Shown in pieces: positions 12,612 to 26,232 of a DNA stretch of 64,000 nt (its first letter is position 1; every line of letters starts with the position of its first letter). The position numbers and the translations under genes were made by a program. This DNA comes from Octopus vulgaris (taxonomy: Eukaryota): assembly GCA_951406725.2 (NCBI GenBank), contig OX597842.1, forward strand, positions 7,130,001-7,194,000, read 5' to 3'. The notes below the pieces were generated by a model. It saw only the letters and a list, made by a program, of their open reading frames with translations, searched no databases and had not been told where the DNA came from.

Positions 12612-12888
12612 GGTGGCACATGGCCTAGTGGTTAAAGCAGTGGACACATGGTCGAGGGATCGTGGGTTCAAATCTCAGAAACACCTAAGCTCCATGCGGC
12701 TCCGGCAGAAGGTAATGGCAAACTTCTGCTGATTCTTTCGCCACAACTTTCTCTCACTCTTTCCTCCTGCATCTTGCAGCTCACCTGTGATGGACCGGTG
12801 TCCCGTCCAGGTGGGGAACCTATATGCCAAGGAAACCTGGAAAACTGGCCCTTATGAGCCAGGCATGACTCGAGAAGGAACAAACAAA
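12612..12888 (+). mobile_element. tRNA-derived SINE with (AAAC)n tail
   Basis: TGGCCTAGTGGTTAAAGCA..GGTTCAAATC head and body CCTGTGATGGACCGGTGTCCCGTCCAGG. Related copies lie on the minus strand at ~15325-15572 and ~25520-25753. Confidence 0.7.
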
Positions 12889-13918
12889 CTTATTTTATCG
12901 GCCCTGGAAAGATGAAAGGCAAAGTCGACCTCAGCAGAATTTGAACTCAGAACGTAGAGACAGATGAAATACCACTAAGCACTTTTCCCAGTGTGCTAAC
13001 GATTCTTATTTCTTTACTACCCACAAGGGGCTAAACATAGAGGGGACAAACAAGGACAGGCAAAGGGATTAAGTCGATTAGATCGAACCCAGTGCATAAC
13101 TGGTACTTAATTTATTGACCCCAAAAGGATGAAAAGCAAAGTCGACCTCGGTGGAATTTGAACTCAGAATGTTAACGGCAGACGAAATACCACAAAGCAT
13201 TTCACCCAGCGTGCTAACATCTCTGCCAGTTCGCCGCCTTTGCAGTTCATACATATTCCATTGCGCAAAACTACTTTGCAAACAAACAACACGGAACTTG
13301 TCAAAGCTGGTGAATTTAACCCGGACTTGGATACACATCCAGAAGTATGAGGCCTGTCGTAAATTCTGCAATGCACCAATCACCGCCTGAAATTTTGTAA
13401 AACAATTTTCTAAAAGTACTTTAGTGATCTATCTCTTACCAATGAAGTAAACGTGCTTGATATATACACTTTCTTCTCAACAGGAACCGAGATAAGCAGT
13501 GATTATGAATATAAAGTGTTTCACTTGGTGGACAATTGGTGTAACACTTGTCGTAGATTAAAGGTTGTTGACATTAAGATAAGCGGTCCTTGTATTCATT
13601 AGCTGGAAATATGCTGGAGTACTACATGACTCGTAACCATCATTATTGGTGCCAGTTGACAGCTTTATCTCATATCCAAGAATGTAATTTCTCTGGTTTT
13701 TTTTTGTTTCAGTCATTTTTTTACTTGTTTCAGTCATTTGATTGCGGCCATGCTGGAGCACCGCCTTTAGTCAAGCAAATCGACCAAGGACTAATTCTTT
13801 GTAAGCCTGGTACTTATTCTATCGGTCTCTTTTGCCGAACTGCTAAGTTACGGGGACGTAAACACACCAGCATCGGTTGTCAAGCGATGCTGGGGGGGAC
13901 AAACACAGATACACACAC

Positions 13919-13991
<73 letters not shown>

Positions 13992-14018
13992 TATATTCTG
14001 GATCTTTCCTTCACCTAT

Positions 14019-14053
14019 GTTTCCGACGAAGAGCTCCGCTCGAAACGTTAAAC
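14019..14053 (+). ncRNA. Minimal hammerhead-like motif
   Basis: gttt-CCGACGA-A-GAGC(TCC)GCTC-GAAAC-GTT-aaac. A sister copy on the minus strand at 62878-62913 has CTGACAA. The two copies imply an ancestral CUGACGA core. Confidence 0.5.
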
Positions 14054-15754
14054 CCACCTTCTATCCTGAGCATCCAATAATACTAGCGTATAAACCATAT
14101 GCAGTAATGTACAAACGTCTGGAAAGCGAACAATGCATGAGTCAGATACATGCTTGCGTCTGTATGGAGGGGAGAAAATCAGGTGTAGTGTTAGCGAATC
14201 TCAGGAAGCATGGAAGTTTTGAAGGATGCAGTGCTCTGACAACTAACAACTGATGTCGGCAGTTTGTTCCATGCTTCATATATATATATATATACATATA
14301 CACATATATACGAAAAGGCTTCTTTCAGTTTCCGTCTGCCAAATCCACTCACAAAGATTTTGTCAGCCCGAAGCTATAATAGAAGACACTTGCCCAAGTT
14401 GACACGCAGTGGGACTGAACCCGGAATCTTGTGGTTCGTAAGCAAGCTACTTACCACACAGCCACTCTGTTTTTTTTTTATGGTTAGGTTCTGACCTGAG
14501 TCACAGCAACAAAGTCCGTCTGCCACACCTCTCTCTCCAACACAATTGTTTCGGTGTCCTGGATACATTCCAGGCCAATGTCTACAATCAAGTTGTCAAT
14601 GTCTGACAACATTTTCCCCTTCTTACACCACCATGAAGTTGGTTCCATAAAAGTAATTTGGATGCAGGAGTGGCAGTGTGGTAAGTAGCTTGCTTATGCA
14701 CCACATGGTTCCGGGTTCAGTCCCACTGTGTGGCATCTTGGGCAAGTGTCTTCTGCTATAGCCTCGGGCCACCCAAAGCCTTGTGAATGGATTTGGTAGA
14801 CGGAAACTGAAAGAAGCCTATCGTATGTATGTATATGTATATATATGTGTGTGTGTCTGTGTTTGACATTGCTTGACAACCGATGGTCGTGTGTTTACGT
14901 CCCCGTAACTTAGCGGTTCGGCAAAAGAGACTGATAGAATAAGTACTAGGCTTACAAATATATATATGTATGTATATATATATATATATAAAATACAACA
15001 TGGGACAAGAACGCAAAACATCCAGATAGACGATACAAAGAAAACAAGGACGTGTCATTCTCTCTTTGTTTATTTCTCTGTTCCTTTCTGTCAAAGAGCA
15101 CAGGCTCAAAACATAAAAGACTTTCTCACTTCCCAAACGTTAAACTAATACATCTGTTTGTTGTTTACACCACCTGTCTTCATCTTTTGTTTTTTTGTAA
15201 ATTCTCACCATATATATAATGAGAGAGATGAAAGTTAGAATCTATGAGAATAGTTATTGATCACTACAGAATCCCACCTGCAAGGGATTGATGCTTGATG
15301 GGTTGAAATAATTATTTTTAAAAAATGTTCTTTTTCAAGCCATGCCAGGCTCATAAGGGCCGGTCTCCTGGTTTCAGTGGCGTAGAAATTCCCCACCTGG
15401 ACGAAATGCCGGTCCATCGCAGTGTTACTCATTTTTGCCAGCTGAGTGGACTGGAGCAACGTGAAATGAAGTGTTTTGCTCAAGAACACAACGCAATACC
15501 CGGTCCAGGAATTGAAACCACAACCTTATGATCATGAGTTCAACACCCTAACCACTAAGCCACGTGCCTCCACTGAAACAATTCTAGTGATCAATAAAGA
15601 TTCTTGTATCTTCCATCTTCTGTCTCTCTCATTAACCAAATATGTATATGTGGGTTTATTTGTGTGTGTGTTTAGGCAAGAGAGAGAACGTGTGTGTGTG
15701 TGTGTTTATTTATACATGTGTGTATATTTATGTGTATGTATATGCTTCTTGCAG

Positions 15755-15920
15755 GATGGCCAGTAGTCGGAATGTTGGCGCCACAGCTCACCAGACTGAA
15801 CACGTTCTCTCCTCGCACCGAAGAAACTTGTATGCCCATTCCAGATTTCCCAGTTCCGGACCAGTCGAACATAGCCTCTCCAATGATGTCTCCAGAAATC
15901 TCCTCCCGGAGGAAAACTGA
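15755..15920 (+). CDS. Probable terminal coding exon of the TIFA-like gene
   Basis: Acceptor TGCTTCTTGCAG|G. The phase-2 join gives TGG(W)-MASSRNVG..GPVEHS..LLPEEN*. This is a unique, GC-richer island among repeats, with AATAAA at ~16004. Confidence 0.55.
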
Positions 15921-16028
15921 ATATTTATGGGGGAAAAAATCTAAAATCCTGTTTATTCTGGAAGAGACTCTAAGATGCATACAGACATCTTTGATATTCA
16001 CAAAATAAAGGGACTTCAGTGGGTTATA

Positions 16029-16065
<37 letters not shown>

Positions 16066-17394
16066 GAAAGAAACCCTCTCATAGACTTGTCCTCATCTGG
16101 GCAAAAAAGGACACGTGTGCATGTGTATATGACTATATCAGTGTGTGAGTATATGAATATGTGTTCATGCACATATGTGCGTAAATGCTCAAAGTCTTGT
16201 GAATGGATTTGGGTGACAGAAACTGAAAGAAGCCTGTCATATGTGTGTGTGTGTGTGTCTTTGGGTTTTGTCCCACCCCCATCACCGCTTGACAACCAAT
16301 GTTGGTGTGTTTACACCCCTATAACTTAACACTTTGGAAAAAGAAACTGATGGAATAAGTACTAAACTTAAATTAAGTTCTGGGGTCAATTTGTTTGGCT
16401 AAAACCCTTCAAGGCAGTGCTTCAGCATGGCCACAGTCAAATGACTGAAACAAGTAAAAGAATATAATATATATATATTTTTTTCTAGTTTCAGCTTAGA
16501 GCTGCGGCCATGCTGATGCACAGCCGTTATATATGTATTATATATATATATATATATAATGCAAATTAGAAAATGGAGAAACAATTTAGTTGGTTCATCA
16601 GCTTTCGGATATTAGAATGTTGACTTATTTATTTATTTAACACACCAGCATCGGTTGTCAAGCAATGTTGGGGGGACAAACACAAGCACACACATATATA
16701 TGAGAACCATAATAACATATATATATGCTTTAAAATTCAATACATATAAGATGAAAGGCAAATTATAAAATATACAATTATAAAAACCTTAATATAAATT
16801 ATTGATATATATATATAATGTTAGAGGATAAAACTTTTAAAAAAAATTTTATCAGGGGCCAGCATTTAAAAGGGAAGACCAATTAAGGTGAAATTATATG
16901 TATAATTATAATAAAGGCTTAGAAAAAATTTTCTAGCCTATATGCTGAGAAATAGATGCTAAATTGTCTCACCAGAAACATGTGGCTGGAAAGGAATCCT
17001 CTTACCACAGAACCACACCTCTGACTATAATGACAGATGATCAAAAAATTTTTTAAATCTTAATTTGTAATTGTGTAAATAGCTTCAAATTTGTTATCTT
17101 GTTATCTACGTACTTAGCTAAAAGTCATTTGACTCAATTATTTAATTAGTCAAGAGAACAGGAAATAGGTGAGAGGCGGGAGTTTATAGATGTGAACGAG
17201 TGGAATTGAAGGGATTGGTTTTCAGTCAGATGAATTTCATGTGACTATGTCAAGGGGGAGGTGTGTGGCACTCGAACAACACAGACATACATGCAGAAAT
17301 GTGTGCTTATTTATTTACATACACACATATATGATTGTGTGTGAGTGTATAAATATATATATATGTGTATGTATGTATATATATATATTAAATA

Positions 17395-17668
17395 TATTAA
17401 AATTATAATTTAGGGTATCTAAGAGATACCTCCACGCTGGAAATATGTTACTATCTGAGTATATTCTACTGATGAGGTAAAGCATTTCTTATGCAAAGCC
17501 AGAAATCTGGGATCTGGATTTATCTAGTAATTTTTTGCTAGTTTATTTTGTCCTTTTGTCTTCTCTCTTGGTGCTGTATGAACATTTAATGTGGTTTTAG
17601 AGTCAAGTTTTGGCTGCTATTTCCAGCGTGGAGGTATCTCTTAGATACCCTAAATTATAATTTTAATA
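17395..17668. repeat. Perfect 51-bp inverted repeat enclosing a hammerhead-like motif (Penelope-type terminal structure)
   Basis: 17395-17445 is the exact reverse complement of 17618-17668. CTGATGA-GGT..GCAT/ATGC..GCC-AGAAATC-TGG-GATC lies at 17469-17514. Confidence 0.7.
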
Positions 17669-19589
17669 ATAATTATTACCTTTGAAGGTTTTTATTCCCA
17701 TGCTGGCCACCTGATAAGATTGGTATTTAAATAACAATCTTATCCTTATTTATATAAATTCATATATATGTTTAATTTTGGAGAAACTGTATTTCAATTG
17801 AATTTTTTTTTTCTATATGCGTGTGTATGTATATGTACATACACACACACACACATATATATATATTAAAGAAAGCAAAAAATAAAACAAAAATGATAGT
17901 GTTCAGTAGTTGGTTCAGTATGATGGCCACAGGAATTTCTGTCCAGGAAAGTTGCACCTCATCTCCCTCTTTCTCTCACATACCCACTCCTTCTCTCTCT
18001 CTCTTATTATTACTCCCACTGCCACCATCAACACTACTACTTTTAATAAAACATCATCAACTCTCCCTAAATTTCTTTGTCTCTTTCTCCCTCTCCCTTC
18101 ACCACTGCCCTCACCATCTCTATGCCTACTATTACTCTCACCCCAGCATGAGGAATAGTAGAAGTGTCATTGAATAGTGAGGGGGTCAAAGTGTGGCACA
18201 TTGATAAACAAAAATTAATTTTCGCATTTATTATATTAGATATACATATGAGAATATATAAAACGATATGCAATCTATCTGGGTGCCTTTTCAATACTTT
18301 GTCTGGTTTACAAAGTCACATCAGATGCCATGATGAATCTAAGGTACAAGAGGTGATACATATGTACTTAGTGGTTCAGCAAAAGACGACTGAATAAGTA
18401 ACAGGCTTTAAAAAAAGGGAAAAAAGTACTGGAGTCAATCCATTTTACTAGAAATTTTTCAAGGCTGTGTCCCAGCAAGATGGCCACACTAGTAAAAAAA
18501 AATAATTTTTAAATGCAGTAATAAAAATCATTAATTTCTACCCCTGCGCCTGTCCTACTAGACAAACCACTTGGGTGTAATAAATTCTTCAAATATTTTG
18601 TGATATTTTAAAAACAAAAAAAAAAAACCTGTCATCATCATCATCATTGTTTAACGTCTGCTTTCTATGCTGGCATGGGTTGGACGATTTGACTGAGGAC
18701 TGGCGAACCAGATGGCTGCACCAAGCTCCAGTCTGATCTGGCGGAGTTTCTGCAGCTGGATGCCCTTCCTAATGCCAACCATTCTGAGAGTGTAGTGGGT
18801 GCTTTTACTTGCCACCAGCATGAGGGCCAGTCAGGCGGTACTGGCAGCGGCCACGCTCAAATGGTGTTTTTTACGGGCCACCTGCACAGTAGTCAGTCCA
18901 GCGGCACTGGCAACGACCTCGCCCAAATGTTTTTTCACGTGCCAGTCAGGCGACACTGGTAATGATCACACTCAAATGGTGCTTTTTATGTGCCACCAGC
19001 ATGGAAGCCAGTTTGCTGCTCTGGCAACGATCACGCTCAGATGGTGCTCTTAGCGCCCCACTAGCATGGATGCCAGTCATCAAATTTGATTTCAATTTCG
19101 ATTTCACTTGCTTCAACAGGTCTTTGCAAGCAGAGTTTAGTGTCCAAATGAAGGAAAGGTACACATAAGTGGGCTGGTTACGCCCCTGGCATAGAAATAC
19201 CCATATTTGTATTTGTAATTCATTAATTTCCTGTTGATTTATTCACCTTCATTAACATGTTAATTGTTATGTTAACCATAACTACATCTCTAACCCCTTT
19301 GACCGTTGGTTTACAACAATATTTTGGTCATAATTATATTTCTTGATTGCTTTAATTAAAGAAGTCTTGCTGACATTTTATTTTATTTGTTTATTATTTT
19401 TTGTTTTTATTTTGAAGTAACTTTAGGTGTGACTGCGCAGTTAAGAGGCTTTCGGGTTCAGTCCCACTGCATGGCACCTACTATATTCTAGGACTAACCA
19501 AAGCTTTGTCATGTGTACATATATATTACACATACACACGCATATCTATATACATACACAGACGTTCAAATACACATACACACACATAT

Positions 19590-19915
19590 AGGATATGGTG
19601 AATAAACTGTCATCTAAATTACGCAAAAATGAAAATAACACTGACATCTCATTTTAATAGATACATTTACCAAAATTACATAAAATATCTTGAAATACTA
19701 AAGAGTAAATTTATTCAATCAAATCGCCATTGGCTTCAACAATGGCCTCTTGACGACTTCAGAATCTCCTGCGACTCTTCTGGATGGTCTCCTTGTTTAA
19801 GTTGGTGAATGCTGCCATAATCCTTGCCTTGAGTTCGTCTTTCGTGTTACAAAGAGTTTTGTTCGTCTCTAGCTCAACTGCACCCCACACATAATAATCA
19901 AAAGGGTTAAATCAT
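19590..19915 (-). mobile_element. Tc1/mariner-superfamily transposase 3' relic
   Basis: Minus-strand translation resembles (D)LNPFDYYVWGAVE..TNK..NTKDELKARIMAAF..AIVEANG. Confidence 0.7.
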
Positions 19916-20439
19916 ATGACCGACATATGTTTCAATGGATACATTAAAATTTATCCAGGAGGAAAAACAATGTGGAATAATGTATCAATATCATCAGGGA
20001 GGAGATTATAAATAACAGCGTTCATTAATAAGCCATTTTTACAGATGTAAGAAATTATATAATATTTGAAAAACTAAAAGGTGGATAGAGAATGCTAGTA
20101 ATTTTAAAATAGTGTTCAGAAATTTAATGTCATAGGATGAGAGAGAAAGAGAAAATAAAAGGAATAATGGAGGAATAAACAAAAAGTGAATGACAAATGG
20201 GTAGAACTGATAAAGGGATGAAAGGGGTGTATGGAATGAAAAGAATAAAGTGTAAGTTACAGATATTATTAGGGAAAGGGGGCAGATATTATTTGAAATA
20301 GCTAAAAGTGTGTTTTTTCTGATGTAAACACGTTCTTTATAGGTATTGACGTGTGTGTTTGGAAAAAAGGATAAATAGCTGTTCATCCGTACAAAGAGGG
20401 CAAAATGATTTGCCTTTATCATAGGGGAATGATCTTGAC

Positions 20440-21830
20440 CAAAAGTGTTCAAATCTGAAAGTAATCCTCCTCCAAACCCAAGATCAAAACAGTTTGAAGC
20501 CGACCTCAAGTCTATTGTTAAGAATATTAAATTCCACCATTCCCTCTTAAGGAATTGATATTAGAGATATCTTCATAATATTACCAAGGAAATTTACAGC
20601 ATGGAAGGTCTACTTGTTCAATTAGATAAAACTGGTAACGTGAATTACTTAAACATGGATTATTACCTAAAATTACTCAGGAAGAAAACACAAAATATAC
20701 ACTACAAGACTATTAGTAAAAATGCTATCAGGAAAGCCAACCTGGAAGCTAAGAAAATTATGGAAAATGAAGGCTGAACCTTTAAATCCAAAGCAACCCC
20801 ATTTTATTTCAAAGAACCACAAACCTAGCTCCTTCAATAACCAAACTCTCTGTCTTATCTGTCCTTCCATCTCCAATATCAGTTTACTTAGCAATATTCT
20901 TGATAAGTACATTCTTACTTTAATGAAAAAGCTTAAACTCAACTTATGGTCTAATCCATTCCAGGTATTAGACTGGTTCAACTCTATTGATAATAAACTA
21001 AACATTAAATTTATCCAGTTTGATGTTTATAGGTATTATTCCTCTATTAATCCCATCATCCTTAATAAAACCCTATGGTTTATGCATAATAAATCCGGCC
21101 TCACCTGAGATGAAATTAATGTTGTTTTAGCAGCTAGAAAATATATTATCAAATTTGATAATAAATTTTGGGTTCGAAAAGATAGACCTGATTGCTTTGA
21201 TATGACAATAGGAGCTAGCGACTCCGCCCAAGTTTTGGACCTGGTCGGTATTTATAATCTATCTGAAATGGCTGACCAATTCCCATATATCCTCGGTAGA
21301 TTATATCATGACAGCAGTCTTCTTTACCTCCAAAATATCTCTAATCAAAAATTACATATTTTAAAAAATAATCTAATTGAATTCTTCAGCAATACAGGCC
21401 TAAGTATTATCTTTGATGATGACAGAACAAAAGTTAATTTCCTTGACCTTCCACTCAAATCAAATACAGCTTTGTATTTCCCATACTACAAACCTGCAAC
21501 CAATCTAAAGTATATCAATTTTTTAGCAATCATCCTACCAATACAACTAAAAATCTAGTTAAAAACATTTCATTTAGACTCTCTAAATTATCCGCTAATG
21601 TTAACATTTTAAATAATAATGCTGACTTCTATAATTCATCTTTATCAAAGGCAGGATATAAGGAGCAAATTAAGTATTACAACCTGCTTGATCCTAGTTT
21701 AACCTCTGATAATCAGGTTGATAGTAGTTGTACTAATAATAATAATACTCATAATGTTTCTTCCATAGATAACAATCTGATAATAATTTCTTAAATCGAA
21801 ATATTCAAAAAGCTAATCTTGGTAAATTTT
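20440..21830 (+). mobile_element. Degenerate Penelope-like reverse transcriptase
   Basis: Frameshifted pieces: KNHKPSSFNN..LICPSISNI..ILDKY, LNLWSN..VLDWFNSI..FIQFDV..YYSSI, MTIGASDSAQVLDLVGIY..LYHD..VNFLDL..PYYKP. Confidence 0.85.
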
Positions 21831-22683
21831 AAAATAAACAGGCTAAGGGAGGTAACTATACTTATCCACTCCTGTAAAAAAAAAAAAAACTCCAGTTTTT
21901 TTGTTTTTTTAATGAGGAATCTTCCTATAAATTGCTTAACCCTAGAGTCAAGACTATTGAAAAGGTTGCAAGACGCAACGAAAATTTAAGGAAAATAAAA
22001 ATAAGAAATAAGTGGAAATTTCACTGGTGAGTGTATTACATTATAAGGCACAAAAACAAAATGACAAAAAGAAAATTAGATTAAGTAAATAATTAAAAAT
22101 AATCCCTCTCTACTTCCCGCAAGATTTAAATTACTGCAATAATAATAAACAACGGAGAAGAAAGTTTACCACGTTTCTCTCTCTCTATATATATAAATAT
22201 AAATTAGTCTGCGAATTATCCTACATTCAAAAACATATAATACGTATGTACATATAAGTATGTGTAAATGGAAAAATATATATGTATATATATATATATA
22301 TTTGTGCATATATATATGTGTGCATATATATATGTGTGCATATGCATATATATACGTTCCTCGTGTATATGCAGATTAGTTTTGACATAACTGTAATACC
22401 TTTATGATATATTGATTGTAAAATTACTATCCTCATAACTTTCAAAAATATCTGTTTATATATTATATTTTATATTATATCTATTATGAATAACAGAATA
22501 CATCTAATATTAATAATATTAGTATTAACTTATTATTGTATATGCTTATAAATGCAAATATGTATGTATATTTCAGTATATATATAGGTATTTATGTCTA
22601 TCTATATATATAAGTATTCAAATGTGTGTGTATTTTATTTATTTTATATTATATTTATTTATAACTTAACATTATGTACTTTA

Positions 22684-22790
22684 TAATCTCTGGCGAAGCC
22701 TAGAGATATACCCAAGTACCTCATTTTCATCTGAGTAATAAAGGTAGAATGAGGTACTTTTATCTATAGGCTGAAACAGCTGTAAGTTAT
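22684..22790 (+). ncRNA. Hammerhead ribozyme motif with extended stem II (PLE-type)
   Basis: CTGGCGA-AGCCTAGAGATA..AAGTACCTCATT..AATGAGGTACTT..TATCTATAGGCT-GAAACAGCTGTA, with palindromic stem III. It lies downstream of the Penelope RT on the same strand. The core has an A6G change. Confidence 0.6.
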
Positions 22791-23491
22791 TTTACCAATT
22801 TATGTTCATGTTTTTTATTTTATAATAATTACTGGTATCCTTATATATATTTTATATTTTGTATGTAAAGCATAATATGTTATATGTATGTATATTATTG
22901 TAATTATCAGTTTAGTAAATAAATAAATGAGTTAAAATAATATAATGTCTAAAAGTTGATGAACCACCTATCATCTCTCCATTTTCTTTTTGCTATATAT
23001 ATATATATCATCATCATCATCGTTTAACGTCCGTTCTCCATGCTGGCATGGGTTGGATGGTTCGACAGCATTCTGGGAAGCCGGGAGGCTGCACCAGGCT
23101 CCAGTCTGATCTGGCAGTGTTTCTACAGCTGGATGCCCTTCCTAACGCCAACCACTCCGTGAGTGTAGTGGGTGCTTTTTACGTGCCACCCGCACAGGTG
23201 CCAGGTGAGGCTGGCAACGGCCACAGTCGGATTGGTGCATTTTACGTGCCACCGGCACGGAAGCCAGTCTAGGCAGCGCTGGCATCGGCCACCTTCAGAT
23301 GGTGCTGTTTACGTGCCACCGGCTCAGGGATCACAACTGCAGTTTACATACATGTATATGTATATATATATATATATACATACATACATACATATATATA
23401 TATATAAATAAAACAGAAAATGGAGATAACATTGAGGAACAACAATTGACTTGTATCAATTATTATTTATTAATTATTTACAAAAAGACTA

Positions 23492-23620
23492 TCCCATCTA
23501 CAGCTGTTTCTACTGCCGATGTTCTTTGGTATCTCCTTTATTGTGATAGAAATATATATATATATATATCATAGTTGGTAATAAAACTGATTTGAAACAT
23601 GGAGCTTCATCAGAGTGGAA
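23492..23620 (-). ncRNA. Hammerhead ribozyme motif with long stem II/loop containing (TA)n
   Basis: Minus strand ttccact-CTGATGA-agc...gcagta-GAAACAGCTGTA-gatggga. The core is canonical; stems I and II are imperfect. Confidence 0.5.
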
Positions 23621-24079
23621 AATAAAAGAGTAAATAAAAAGAAGAGACAAGAAAAGAAGAAGGAAAGGTTAAATATGGTGAGAATCAAGTCATGCTGTGT
23701 GTGTTTCTCCCTAGGACGTTGGTTCTGTGCTGTTTGTCCCTCCCACCATCGATTATCCCTTAGACAGTTATTTTAACCTCTAACTCATTCGCATATACAG
23801 ATGTATATATATATGTGCGTGTGTGTGTGTGTTTATATATGAAAACAAATCTGAAAAGAATGACGGGGGGGTTGGAAGAGCAAGGGAAGCAACTCTTGCA
23901 CTTTTTATATTTTTTTATCATTCTTAGGAATTAGAAACGAAGTCCTAATACTTGGTTGATTGCATCCAATGAAGGGAACAATGAGAGTTCAGCGGTCCCG
24001 TGACTATAGAAGTGTTTGGAAAATCAGTTGGGAAAGATTATGTTGAAAACAGCGGAAATGAAGCGTTGTAAGGTGTTTC

Positions 24080-24570
24080 TGTTTTTCTAAAGCATATGCA
24101 GTAATGTACAAATGTCTGGGAAGTGAACAGTGTATGAGTCAGATACATATTTGCATGTGTATGGAGGGGAGAAAATCAGGTGTAGTGTTGGCGAATCTCA
24201 GGAAGCATGGAAGTTTTGAAGGATGCAGTGCTCCGACAACTAACAACTGATGCCGGCAGTTTGTTCCATGCTTCAGCAACTCTCAGCGTGAAAAAATGTT
24301 TCCAAAAGTCATGGGAGCTGTGCTGTTTTCTGACTTTGTAAATATGTCCACGAGTGTTAGACAGGTGGAGTTTGAAAAGGTGCACAGAGTTATTGTTAGT
24401 AAGATGGTTAATAATTTTATGGGTGTCTGCCAAGTCAGCTGCCAGACGTCGGAGTTTCAATGTGTCCATGCCCAGGGAAGTAAGGCGTTCAGGATATGGC
24501 AAATGCCTGATGGAGGGTATTCTCTTGGTTGCACGTCGCTGAACGGTTTCCAGACGAATGAAAGACGTTA
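24080..24570 (-). mobile_element. CR1/L2-group LINE 3' end
   Basis: ORF 24176-24502: YPERLTSLGMDTLKLRRLAADL..NTRGHIYK..FFTLRVAEAWNKLPASVV, the typical CR1 ORF2 C-terminus. A second copy lies at ~14085-14278. Confidence 0.88.
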
Positions 24571-26232
24571 TCTATAGTTTTGTTGTTTCAGTATGTTGGT
24601 AAAGTTTTAATAAATCTTAATTTGGTGACTTGAAAACAAATATAAAAACACTTTAGCTTTCATTTGTTAGTTTTACATCTGTTGTTGGACATATTGTAAA
24701 AGTCTTAACTGAGCATTATGATAGTTAATTCACTAAAGTGTATGCATTAAGTGACAGGTGAAAATTAATGAACAAAGTATTGAAATTCAGTTTCCTTCAG
24801 TAAACACATTCTCTCCCTCCCAATCTCCCTGTCTCTTTACGACAGGCTTCTTTCAGTTTCACCATTCGTATCTACATTCCTGGCATCCAAATTATTCGAT
24901 GATTCAATGATTCGTTAATGTCACCATCATCATCATTTAACGTCTGTTTTCTGTGCTAGCACAGGTTGGACGGTTCGACCGGGGTCTGGGAAGCCAGGAG
25001 GCTGCACCAGGCTCCAATCTGATCTGGCAGAGTTTCTACAGCTGGATGCTCTTCCTAATGCCAACTGAGTGTAGTTGGTGCTTTTTACGTGCCACCGGCA
25101 CAGGTATCACAACTACAATTTCCATTTGAATTTTTATTTTGATGTTGATGTAATTGACTCAATAGGTCTCCAAGCACAGCAGGTCGCCCTACGATCCAAG
25201 GTAAGCACAGGTTGTTCTGCAATCCAATGTGTATATATAAAATTGATATAAACAGCAGTTTGCAATGTTTCACCAAAAATGAGTCACTAAATGTGACCAG
25301 GGTGTTAGGAAATACCTACATTGCTAGAAAGAAGAGCTAAACTGCTGTAATGCTGTAGTTTTAAAGCACCTGAATGAAAGCATATTCACTAACAGAACCA
25401 CAATCGTCTGAAAAGTGCAGATAATTTTCCATCAGAAGCATATATTGTCATCATCATCATTTAACTGGCAGGGATGCAGGTGTGGTTGTGTAGTAAGAAT
25501 ATAAATAAAAAAATAAGTGCACCCTTTTAAAGCCTAACCAGGCTCATGGGCCCAGTTTCCTGGTTTCTATGGCATATGTGTTCCCCAGCTGGACAGGACG
25601 CCAGTCCATCGCAGCGTTACACATTTTTTTCCAGCTGAGTGGACTGGAGCAACGGGAAATTAAGTGTTTTGCTCAAGAACACATGTCACCCGGTCCAGGA
25701 ATTGAAACCACAATCTTACAATCATGATGCTGACACCCTAACCACTAAGCCACAGTAAGAATATATATAAGAGATATTTTCTTGGTCCACTTTGGATTCC
25801 CTTGATAATACTGTGTTTGCATATATTTTCAGACCTATTACTTTGGTATTTTATATCTTTTTCTGCACCTAAATATGTTGGCACAATAGAAACGATCATT
25901 TGTAATATATGGTGTGATCATCAATTAACCCATAAAATGCTGGGATTTGCACTCACATAGCATGAGCTGCTGAACACATTTTATGAAAATAAGACCACCA
26001 TGCACACATAAAAAACCAAAAAATAGTTAAAATATCTTCTTAGTATATAATAGTGGCAAGTTTTATATCATCAGAAAAGTCATTAGTTGAGCTTTTAGTC
26101 CTCTTGCATTCTGAGGGGTATCAGAGTGTTTGAGTGACATTAAACCTCAACAAACGCATCTATCTGGGTCATAATCGTGGCCTGTCGACTTGTGTCTGAT
26201 GGCCACGATCATGGACCATCACACTTTATGTG

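Noticed and set aside
13244-13690. Possible extra exons of the TIFA-like gene (AG at ~13245 and ~13482)
   Set aside because: No recognisable homology, and the second gives a stop after six codons in the required phase. Cannot be supported without RNA data.
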